A stretch of DNA of 64,000 nt, taken from Azolla caroliniana (Eukaryota; Plantae; Polypodiophyta). Under the pieces are notes generated by a model that was given only the letters and a program-made list of their open reading frames with translations, had not been told where the DNA came from and ran no database searches. This document shows, one piece after another, positions 53,701-64,000 of the stretch. The number at the start of each line of letters is the position of its first letter. Within the stretch, counting starts at the first letter, position 1. The position numbers and the translations under genes are program-made. The stretch is taken from the NCBI GenBank assembly GCA_043228905.1, contig JBHGNT010000012.1, positions 6,138,001 to 6,202,000 of the forward strand, written 5' to 3'.

Positions 53701-55200
53701 GGTCACCATGATGTCAAATAATTGTACTTCAATATGAGGTTCCTGGAAGTGTGTTTGGCAGTTGATTTGTTCTAGCATGCCGCAACTGCAGATTCTCAGT
53801 GTGTTGATCTTTAGTGTCTTGGATTATACAGAAGTAATGGTGCTTGTAATTGTGATTCTTATATAGACATAGGAATCCACTACTATGATTGGCTGCCTGC
53901 TCTGCCTCCAGGGGTGAAGTAACTCTCGAGCTAGCTGTCCTGGGCTTAGTTTTCTTGAACCTTAGCGTAAATCGTGTGTTCCACTATGAGCATCATGAAG
54001 ATGTAGTCAGTTGGATTAACTATTGTGTTCCACTTTAAGCACATGATCTTTTGTGGCCAGTCATGATAGTACATAAAGTGATCTCCTGAGTTATGGATAG
54101 GTGTAACCGTGTGCAGGATCCATGTGTTAACAAGGCATTTAAATTGAACATGTATGTGATGATTGGGACAAGTATGTTAGCTAACATGTATGAAATGTTT
54201 ACTGCCTTCTACTATCACCTTTATCTCACATTCGTGTATTGGTTTCAGGTTTCACTAAATACAAGTTTAGGTATTTCTGAGCCAGCACTAATGAATATAA
54301 TGAAAGTAACTCTGCAGTCACATAGTGAGTGGTTCAAGATTCAGATGTGTCCTGATCCTTTTGCGAAGATCCTGCAAATAGATGCTCTCAAGGATACAGA
54401 GTCTGCAAGCCTTGGTCTGAATGTTATCTCAGAAAGCAGCACCATTAGCTCTAAACATGGTTCTAGTAAAATAAGCTCTGTCACGGATGATGGTGATCAA
54501 CACAAATCAGATTCTAGTAGATCTGGGGGTTTTGATGATGGTGCAATTTTGACTGTTATGGTGAGTTTCCAAGAGGAACCGTGAAGTATTTATTTAATGT
54601 ATTTCAGTCTATGTGCCTTAATATATATTTACTTGCATTTCAATATTAGTAATAATGCTTACAATTGATTTACATTTCATCATTGAACACTAATGGTTAC
54701 TATGGACGTAATGTTTGATGATACGGATGCTATTGGCTCTGAAGGACTGACATTGTCATGCTAATGGCCTTGATTGACATCCATTGTACTATTGATCTTT
54801 ATAGCTAATATTGACTATAAACTTCATTATAGATGCTTAACTTGGAGTTCATCATCAGTCATGATGGCCTACTATTGACGTACAGTTACTGTTTCCCTTA
54901 ACATTGCATTGTTAGTGTTTAGGACCACTATTGACTTAATGCGTCATTATCGATGCTAATTACTATTATTTATTGCTCTGCAAGTCATTATTAATCCTGA
55001 TTGCTGCTATTGACTTTTATAGCACTATTCATTCTTGATGCTAATTGGCAATTTTGACTTTACATAAAAATTTCATTTTATTGATGCTAATGGCTAGCCC
55101 TATACAGGAGTGGATGGCCTTACCAAGAGGAGATGCAATACAACTTCTTGCACAATACGACGGTAGCGTGGAGAACGTGCTTGACCACATGTTGGCATGA
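47740..55200 (+). CDS. CTLH/CRA (CT11-RanBPM)-domain protein with two CTLH modules, 11 coding exons, about 699 aa (692 aa from ATG 47761)
   Basis: Exons 47740-48000, 48108-48209, 48488-48568, 49766-49875, 49974-50109, 50231-50329, 50451-51011, 51101-51247, 51324-51521, 54249-54560, 55108-55200 (GT-AG, 2100 nt open). MDSAAVNWNALDSLVLDY, LLFRLHKQRFIELLR, LLFQLKQMEFLKLL, and UBA-like end ALPRGDAIQLLAQYDG. Confidence 0.9.
52640..54160 (-). mobile_element. Highly degenerate LINE-like relic in CTLH gene intron 9
   Basis: Composition shifts relative to flanking intron, and minus-strand fragments such as FQEPH resemble a LINE AP-endonuclease. Boundaries are approximate. Confidence 0.35.
54650..55100. 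repeat. Degenerate minisatellite filling CTLH gene intron 10
   Basis: Recurrent CTATTGAC...CATTAT..GATGCTAATGG modules. Confidence 0.65.
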
Positions 55201-57630
55201 GCTGTATTTTTTATTTGTATTTTGTGACAAAAATGTGTAAAATTTAAATCTATTTAATCAAAGCTTCTGCAATATAGAGAAAGAAATATGCTTTTAGCTT
55301 CTATGTCAGTGTTTTTGCAAATCGAGAAAGTATGAAAGGCATGCTACAACAATTTTGGGATGTAGAAGTGTTGTCAAATCTCTTATGCATTGAGTGATGG
55401 CTCAAATGGTGTTACGAGTTGTGTTTGATGATGGAATAGTCTAGTCTCTATCATTTTTATTCCCATTTCACTGTATAGATCATAAAATTCCATCCATGAT
55501 ACTCCTTGCATTTAGTTCTTATTTCTATGCAGTATTGCTGTTTATTATTATTTCATTGATGACTCTCATGTTTGATTATTTGCGATTTTCTGGTCACTCT
55601 TCAGTTTTTTGAGTTTGTTTTCTGGTATATGATGGTGATGCTCATCTTTTATTTTTTGAATTACTTTGTAATGAAAATGTTCAATAGCCAACAATAAATC
55701 AGTTTCATGTATTTCTTTTGTTTGATTAACATGTATCCATTCCCAGTTTGTGAGTTCTTCCCTATGCCCATTGCTTGGATTTTCTAACAGATTGGTTTCA
55801 GTGTGTTTATTTGCCAAACTTAACATTTAAATATCCAGTATGGATAAACAAACAATTAAAGCTGCAAAAAGCTTATTTTTATGGCTTTTGTTTTATATAT
55901 TTATTTTGATGGCCTCGTTTGAAAGAAATTATATTTGGGCCATGTAAACCTTTGGTGAAATATTATTAACAGGCCATTGCTCTTGATGGATATATATGTT
56001 CATGAATAAATTAGTTCTTCATTGAGTGTCCTTGTGATATCTCTTTCTCACTCTAATCTTCAACCGCGCCCTTGTCGAGGGTTTTCCACCACAATGGACC
56101 GTGAACACAGTGGCCCCTATACATAAAGGAGGGGACCCAATGGACCCAAATACATATAGGACCATTATGATAGGTCATATGCTCGCTAAACTATATGGTG
56201 TGGTAATGGAAGTGGAACTTAGTGATTATATGGAAACATTAAGTCTTCGAGCACATGAACAAGTTGGCTTTAGATGAGCCTTCTCCACTATTGACCGTAT
56301 CTTTACACTTAGGTGACTTTTGCAAAGCCTTTGACACAGTTCCTAGGGAGAAGTTGTTTGATAGACTTAAGATCTTGGAGATACCAAATGATATGATCTG
56401 GGCCATTATATATGAGCAAGTCTTTGGGTGCGTAAGATACCTAGGTGGCCTATACGATTGTTTCACTAGCACCATTGGTTTGAAACAGGGTTGCCCCCTA
56501 TCACTAACTCTTTTTGGGATCTACATTGACGAGATCATTGATTTTATTGCTCGTAAGGGAGGCAAGGGAGTAGCTATTGGGGATATGCAAGTTAGACTCT
56601 TACTCTACGCAGACGACATTGTCTTGCTCTCGGAGTCAGAACACGACCTACAAAAGCATCTTAATGCCCTAGATGACTTTTGTACGCAACAAGGATTGGT
56701 AGTGAATGTGGCGAAAACTAAAGTCCTTATCTTTCATATATCGTCCTGAGTTAGGAGTAAATATCACCTAATTCTCTCTCATAAACTAGTTGAGGTAGTT
56801 GGATCATATGTATACTTGGGAGTCACTTTTAGTGCTCGCTCAGGTAAATTCTCGATGACTTAGGTAGCCAAAGATAGGCCAACGAGAGGGTATGCATCCC
56901 TCTCACTCTTAGAGAGACAATGCCACAATGCATACTTTCAAGAGCCATGGACTAAGGGGATGGCTCTTCGACTCATTAGTAACCCCGTCCCTCATGTATG
57001 CATCAGTAGTATGGGCCCTAGGTTTACCATTTTTCATGTGGACGCAATTAGAGAGACCTTTGGTGACTATGTTATCACGTCAACTCCGAAGCAAATTGAC
57101 AGTACCACATGACATTATTAGAGTAGAGTTCAGTCTGCCCCCAATGTTAATAGAAGCACAGTTTCAAGTGGTAGATTTTATTCATCGAATACATAGCCAA
57201 CCACAAGATAGGATATCCTGTCGAGCCTTTGAGGCATCTCAATCCCTACATGCGTCGAGAGACACTAGCTCTTGGTATAGCATTGTGGTGAGTTGGTTAC
57301 TTGCAAACAACATAGACATTAATAACCTACCCCCCCTTAAGTACAACCATGGGACTGACTAAACTCTAATATCTCATGAAGACCGTAATAAAGTGATACG
57401 CCAAGGTGTCAAGATTCGAACTCTTGACATAGCCATGTTATAATTGAGTGTTATGTGTTAACCAAACATCTAGCATATAATCATGTATATACTTCCTCAT
57501 TGTAGGTTTTAGCTAGCATCATGTGCATAATTTCTCCCTTGTATTATTAACACTTGGCACATGCATGCGTACCTACTGCCTACATGCTCTATTGTATCAC
57601 ATGCGTGCAACAGGTATGCATGCCACTTAG

Positions 57631-57638
57631 TATAAATA
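57631..57638 (+). promoter_or_regulatory. TATA box of the 5' LTR (copy in 3' LTR at 58961-58968)
   Basis: TATAAATA starts 32 nt upstream of the predicted start A57663. Confidence 0.7.
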
Positions 57639-58029
57639 GTTGAGTTCATCTTGAAGGAATTCAAGGTGAACAACGCCAGTCATGGACATATCAATCTAGT
57701 ATTCCCATTTCGCCCATCCTCTCTCCTTGATCTTCATCTCTATCTTTATGCTCTTGTTCCTCGCGTCATCACTCCGTCATAGCCTCACCATCCGTGCTCT
57801 GTCTTAGTTCGCGCTTGGTGTGTCCATGACAGTTTGTTCACCTTCCAACTAGAAGCATCACCCGTCTCCGTCATCGCCTTTGCTTCTAGAGTTACCATCG
57901 TCACCATACCATCATCAACATCGCTTCATTTCCTATCTTCCTCGTCGTTTCTATCTCCTAGTTTCTTCTCATAATTTTCATTGGCTTTTAGTTCTCCTCA
58001 TCATTGTCTCTATTTTTTAGTTTCTTTCC

Positions 58030-58600
58030 CGTTCGTGTTCGTGTTCTAGTTCCCAGTGAGGGCCGCACAAGGCCGCTCACTCCCATTGGTGTTCGTGTTC
58101 CAGTTCCCGGTGAGGGCCGCATGGTCTCTCACGCCCGTTCGTATTCGAGTTCCCGGTGAGGGCCGCATGGTTGCTCACACCCATTCGTGTTCCAGTCTCC
58201 GGTGAGGGCCACATGGTCGCTCACTCTAGTTATTTTTCATGTTCCACATCCCGGCGGGGACCGACATGGTCACTCATGCCCATTGCGGCTCATGTTCCAG
58301 TTCCCCGTGAGGACCCCACATGGTTACTCATGCCCCTTGGTGTTCATGCCCCCCGTGAGGACCACACATGGTCGCTCATGCTCGTTGTTGTTCATGTTCC
58401 AGTTCCCAGTGAGGACCACACATGGTCGATTACTCCAACTCTCAGCGAGGACCGTTGGTTCATGCCCGTTGGTGTTCGTGTTCCAACTCTCAGCGAGGAC
58501 CGTTCCAGTTCCCGGCAAGGACCCCACATGGTTACTCATGCCCCTTGGTGTTCATGCTCCCCGTGAGGACTGCACATGGTTGCTCATGCCCATTGGTGTT
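58030..58600. repeat. About 12 diverged 45-55-bp tandem units inside the LTR element
   Basis: Approximate unit GTTCRTGTTCCAGTTCCCGGTGAGGRCCRCATGGTYGCTCAYGCCCATTG. Confidence 0.88.
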
Positions 58601-60299
58601 AAATACGTCATCTTGTGGAAGGGTTACTCCTTGTCTAGGATTTACAAAATACTTTGGAGGTGATCTAAGATTTTCATCAACAATATCCCCTTAAGTTGGC
58701 AAACGATTTGGAAAGGCATCGTTGGAGGGGGGATAATGTCAAGATTCGAACTCTTGACATAGCCATGTTATAATTGAGTGTTATGTGTTAACCAAACATC
58801 TAGCATATAATCATGTATATACTTCCTCATTGTAGGTTTTAGCTAGCATCATGTGCATAATTTCTCCCTTGTATTATTAACACTTGGCACATGCATGCGT
58901 ACCTACTGCCTACATGCTCTATTGTATCACATGCGTGCAACAGGTATGCATGCCACTTAGTATAAATAGTTGAGTTCATCTTGAAGGAATTCAAGGTGAA
59001 CAACGCCAGTCATGGACATATCAATCTAGTATTCCCATTTCGCCCATCCTCTCTCCTTGATCTTCATCTCTATCTTTATGCTCTTGTTCCTCGCGTCATC
59101 ACTCCGTCATAGCCTCACCATCCGTGCTCTGTCTTAGTTCGCGCTTGGTGTGTCCATGACACAAGGAATATGGCAGATTTACACTCGATATAAATGGATC
59201 ATCCCACGAGAGCCACTCCCATCTAAAATGTTGTACTATAAGGAACACTTCTTGCACTTCTCTTAGTTAGGTTTTATTACACGACCAAGATATCTAGATA
59301 CATGAATCTTATCAAATGCACCAAGGGTAGCCATTGGACAACTTGGGATATCATCTCACCAACTTGAGATTGAGAATGGCCGGGCTAATAGAGTTCCTAG
59401 GGAGGAAAGGCTATGTAGGTTGTGCCTCATATTGATAGAGGATGAGTATCACTTCACATGCAATTGCCCAACTTATGCCGAGATACGAGTGGAATACTAA
59501 GACATATTAGGACCCTCTCCCACCCTCTCCAAACTATTAGATACCCCAGATATAAAGAGAGTAGGTATGTATATCTTAGAGTTAAAACAACATAGGGAGA
59601 ATAAATTACAAAGTATTAACCATAACCCTTTTACTATTCATCAACTTGTAACTAGTGTAATTTTTCAGGATCAAGGGGAGACAATGAATATGGATACACT
59701 TACGCCGCTCAACCTCTCTCTTGAGGAAGCTGAAACGCAAAGAACAACCAAACGCCCTTGGATGTTGGGCTTCAAAACAAGTCGACACGGAGTAGAAAGG
59801 ATTAAGAAGATAAGGGAATGTGAGCTACGTCGACTAGAAGCTATGGTTGGGGTACTTTTTACATTGGGGCCACGAGCCACATCCACATCAAAACCTTTTG
59901 ACCTCCTGCTTCTCTTCGAGAGACTTGGATGGAAATGAAATTAGGCCTAGTATAACATCATTTTCATTGTAGAACATGTTTGCTATTTTATTTTACTAGC
60001 ACTATTTAGCTTAAAACTCTATTTTTATTTTTATTTTTTACTTTCGATGAATGGGCAAATATCCCATTTTTTGTTGTAAACCATTTGTCTCATGGACCAA
60101 TTTTGGCCTTAGAAGACGTTAATATATCTTTCTTTCTTTCTCTCTAAAGTTAGCATGGAGACAACTCAAGGGAAATAAAGGAAAGATATAATTTATATGG
60201 AACAATATGTATGAAACATGTATGCTTACAACATGAGAGTATTGAAATTGATGATATAATGCTTATGACATTTAAGAGGTGGGAGATATGGTTGAGGCT

Positions 60300-60940
60300 C
60301 AATCTAAAAGGGTTTTTCTCATACTAGTTTTTTGTACCTTGCAACCTTTTTTCCAAGTTTGTATGGGCAAACCTATAATCATGCATATACTTCACTTTTA
60401 TGATGTAATTGTATACTCTTTACGTGGCTAGTAATTCTATGGGCCAAGCACTTGTTTATAATAGCAGGATAGGATATGATGTTTAGGACTTTATCCCCAT
60501 TTTTTTACATGCAAACATTTTTTGGATGTTCTCTATTTCATCCATGCACTAAGTGAGATAGTGTCACCCGACACTTCCACTCCATAAAGCAACATTTGGA
60601 CCACCATAGCATTGAATAACGTCAAACTCATATTCCATCCTTGAGTATCACTTTGGTTGCATTGCTTCTTAAACGTATAGTAACTATTCCAATCCGCTTA
60701 GAGTATATACTCATAACATACATTCAATCTTTTTGTGGATGGGACATTAATACCAAGATATTTGAAGCTTTGCACCACTTGTAGTAGTCCTTCTGTGTAT
60801 GTAAAAATGGGGTAATGGCTTCCTTGTTTCGCCTTTATTACCATCAATTTTGTTTTCTCTACATTAAAGCCTAGTAATTTGAAGAATGTGTCCAATACAT
60901 CAAGTGTTGCATATCATCCAAATAATATGATATAAAACAG
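60300..60940 (-). mobile_element. Degenerate RTE-like LINE RT fragment
   Basis: Minus strand reads NVEKTKLMVI...QSFKYLGINV. Confidence 0.7.
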
Positions 60941-60944
60941 GCAT

Positions 60945-62470
60945 AGGGTCACATGCAACAACATTTGGTCAAGCATATCTCGAAGACACTAATCAAATGG
61001 ACTAGACAACCATTATCTTGGAATCCACATGTGCGAACAAGTGACAACATGATGATAGGGAAGCCAAGGGCCTGTCGCGGGGAAAGCTGGTGCAAACAAG
61101 CGTCCATTCAACAGGTGATTGGAGACGCACAATGGCTTTGGGAGGGGTGAGGGAAGACCTAGTCCCTCCCCTCAAGGGACCTAAGAAAATGCGAAGATTG
61201 ATAATAGAGGCGGTTGACAAGGTTCAAGTGGGGGATGCGAGAGGAGATACATGGCTCAGTCTTTTTGATAGGGTTGGAACGATTAATCTGTGGATTTGGA
61301 AGGGCTACATTATTTGGGGAGAGCCAGCGTAGTGGCAGTTGACACTTGATCTGCGTGGTGGCGCAGGCTGGCAACAATTGGAAGACACACCTTGACATTG
61401 CTACGATGAACCCCCCGGAAGTTATCAGTCTATGGTAATTGCCCCCTCGTGGAACTAAAATGGAACCCAAGGGATTTCAGGTGGAAACACAACGGTAGAC
61501 TATGAACACTAAATTAGACTGAGCTATACAAATGCAGCGGGAAGGTCCCCTATGAAATGGCTAGCGGACATTGGGCATCTCTGACGAGGTGCTCGATACC
61601 TTTTGGAAGGGTCTCTGGTGTCTCCACGTGGCGGAGAAGATCAAGCTATTTTGGTGGCAGATTAACCATAAAGTGGTCCCTGTTGGTGAATGGCTAGGTA
61701 AACGAGGAGGCGTGATAGCTTGCCCACTCTGTTTTGCATCTATTGAGACTCTAAGACACTATTTGTGGGATTGGCCTCAAGCTCAAAGGGTCTGGGACAG
61801 GGTGACTCACCTCCTTGCTACTTGCGAAGTGGAGGGGACAACATCGTGGAGCACAATGGCCTGGATCATTCCCTCGGTTGATTGTTGGATGAGCTCCTTC
61901 AACGTAGGCAATTGGTGCTATGAATGCAAAAGAGGTAAACTTGTCAAGACCCATTTTTTGAAGACCGCATCCCCTCGTTTCTGGGAGATTTGGATGTTGA
62001 TCGCAAGTTTCACCCTTTGGTATGTGTGGCAAACACGTCTTCCAAGATTTGCTACACCCCTCAGAGGACATGGATATTTGGTTCACAATTATCAAATACT
62101 TACGAAGGTAGTTGGATGAGGTTTGCAACCATTTCAACGACATGGTCACTGCTCACTTACGCTTTTGGGAGAAATGGAGGAACACACCGATGGTGATGCA
62201 AGGAGGAAATGGCCCAAGGTGGAACTACCAACCCCCACACTAGCTGTTTTCTACTCAGAAGGCCAGAGGGTTGAACTCATACTGGCTGATGATGATTGCC
62301 ACTAGTTTATAGCTTTAGATACCAACTTACATTAAGTAGAAGGTAAGAGAGGATGCGTACGTAGAGTCATATTCGTGAACTTAGCCGGGGGTGATTCCTC
62401 GACTTATATACTTGCACAGTCTTTCTGTAAAAATCTCTCCTAACTAATGGGAAAGTAGCTCCTTTTTTGG
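60945..62470 (+). mobile_element. 3' fragment of an L1-type LINE with zf-RVT domain
   Basis: FWKGLWCLHVAEKIKLFWWQI...CPLC...ETLRHYLWDW...VW, then LWYVW. Stops and frameshifts on either side. Confidence 0.85.
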
Positions 62471-62606
62471 AAAAAAATGATATAAAAACATTATCAGCAT
62501 ATAGTAGTATAAAAATAATGCATAATTGTACTTTTTTTGTAAAAATACTTGTATAGTCTTTTTGTAAAAATCTCTCCTAACTAATGGGAAAGTAGCTCCT
62601 TTTTCG

Positions 62607-62783
62607 ATGGACATGTATGACAAATGTGGTAGGTTTGGAACAACCAAGGAAGTGCTAGAAAAGTTTGTTTTTCAAGATGTGAATAGCTTGGAATGCACTC
62701 ATTATAACATATGTCCAGCATGGACAAGGCCACAAAGCACTCAATTCATTTGAACAAATGCAAAGCATGGGCATTTCTCTGAT
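62607..62783 (+). pseudogene. PLS-class PPR gene fragment
   Basis: MDMYDKCGRFGTTKEVLEKFVFQDV, then a frameshift, then WNALIITYVQHGQGHKALNSFEQMQSMGISLD. Confidence 0.8.
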
Positions 62784-63019
62784 TTGGATAATGGTATGAC
62801 ATCATTGTAATTTCTTTGCCTATAAAGATTGGCGAGGGTTTTTTTGTCTTACTTATCTTACCTAGAAAGACTGGCTAAAGTCATTCGGCATGGTTTTATA
62901 ATATTTGAAGTAATATTAGCCTATTTTGTACATGGCCTCTGGCCACTTTCATTTTAATACCAATGGAGGATATTTTTTTAGGAAAAAAAATAAAAAAATA
63001 ATGCATAATTTTTGGGCCA

Positions 63020-64000
63020 TTAAATCCAACAACATCAAATAGCGTGGGAGAGAGTGGGCACCCTTACTTCATCCACATGTTGCTCAAAAAGTACTTCGAG
63101 AAACCATTGCCCAATTTCAATTAGCTCCAACCTTGCTCATATAATCATGCTACTAATGGCATTTTGATCTCTATCAATCATTTCCAAAGCTTACTCATTA
63201 GGGTTCAATGTCAAAGCATTTCTTGAAGTCCACAAAACAATAATATAGCATTTGCCCTTATAGTTGACTTTCTTCCATAGTAACTCTTAATGTACCCAAA
63301 TGATCGATAGTTCATTGTTTTGGTTTAAACCTTGCTTGACCAAACGTTCATTTGTGATAGTGTTCAACCCATTAACTAATTTTTTGTTCCATGATAATGC
63401 TATATAACTAGGCCATAACTGAACTAAGCATAATAGTTCAATGGTTGGATACAATTTTTTTTTCTCCTCTATAGATTCATTTAATCCAATTTGTGACACA
63501 ATCTTCAAAGAAACCTTGCTTGATAGCTTGATCTACAATAGTTGCTACCCATGATCAAATTCATGATTCCTATCAAGAGCTCACTTAACATTAAAGTTGC
63601 ATCTACTATTTTGTTATTTTACATCTTTTTTGCCCCTCTATTATTATCTTCAATAGACACACATGCCTTCTGCACAAGTACTTAACCATCAGTAGTCACT
63701 TGTAACAATGACATTTGCGCTCAAAAATGCCAATCAACCCACAAGTGTTCTTCAATTAGTTAAGGTAAAGGAGCTTGCATCAATGTTATAGTTTGTAGTT
63801 GTTTGATAAACCCATAATTGGGCGAGATGCGTGATAATTGTTGTTCTTCAACAAACTCCAAAATTCTTTGAGATCAAGCCTCAACCATATCTCCCACCTC
63901 TTTGACCCCCAAACAAAACAAGCGATAAACCTTCTCAATGAAATATTAGACAATAAATATCTATGGTTGTGAGAGTGAATACATGGCTTGAAATAATGAA
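63020..64000 (-). mobile_element. Degenerate LINE RT fragment running off the window
   Basis: Minus strand K*GCPLSP at about 63047-63070 and DFKKCFD-like motif at about 63213-63230. Confidence 0.6.

Larger units (their letters stand above)
57407..59161 (+). mobile_element. Non-autonomous (TRIM-like) LTR retroelement, 1755 bp, chromovirus-derived, very young
   Basis: LTRs 57407-57831 and 58737-59161 (425 bp, TG...CA, no difference seen by eye). TSD CAAGG at 57402-57406 and 59162-59166. PPT GGAGGGGGGATAA abuts the 3' LTR. The 905-bp interior has no gag/pol. Confidence 0.96.
56050..60145 (+). mobile_element. 5'-truncated RTE/RTEX-like LINE interrupted by the LTR element at 57407-59161
   Basis: PIHKGGDPMDPNTYRTI, DFCKAFDTVPR, GLKQGCPLSL, LLLYADDIVL, YVYLG. 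The frame runs through the TSD (VIRQG|IWQ), then SHQLEIENGR...RLCRLC...EDEYHFTCNC. Family 3' motif and (TCTT)n tail at 60085-60145. Confidence 0.92.

Noticed and set aside
58030-58600. CRISPR-like appearance of the ~50-bp array
   Set aside because: Units are contiguous diverged copies with no unique spacers, there are no cas genes, and the context is a eukaryotic LTR element.
58156-58694. Overlapping ORFs of 71-158 aa in the LTR element
   Set aside because: They are by-products of a stop-poor tandem repeat; only the short chromodomain relic resembles a protein.

Overview
This is AT-rich land-plant nuclear DNA. The 18S V4 fragment and a PLS-type PPR relic look fern-like, which is an inference. 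Five spliced genes could be assembled by hand from GT-AG junctions with open frames: an MTM1-like mitochondrial carrier (+, 314-9439), an ELL-associated factor (EAF) protein (+, 20151-23003), a POB1-like BTB-BACK protein (+, 27683-29869), TRAP-beta/SSR2 (-, 30949-34573) and a CTLH/CRA-domain protein (+, 47740-55200). Introns and intergenic DNA hold RTE/RTEX-like and L1 LINE relics, a decayed Ty1/copia, a solo LTR, hAT-type MITEs, an 18S rDNA fragment, half of a plastid trnY and many tandem repeats. The top finding is a 1,755-bp non-coding LTR element (57407-59161) with identical 425-bp LTRs and a CAAGG TSD. It has no tRNA primer site. Instead its predicted transcript 5' end (11 nt) is exactly complementary to the PBS position, as in Tf1-type self-priming, and it keeps a chromodomain relic. 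The second finding is a 423-bp almost fully palindromic element with TG...CA ends and a 5-bp TSD (38084-38506). All calls come from reading the sequence by eye; no searches were run.
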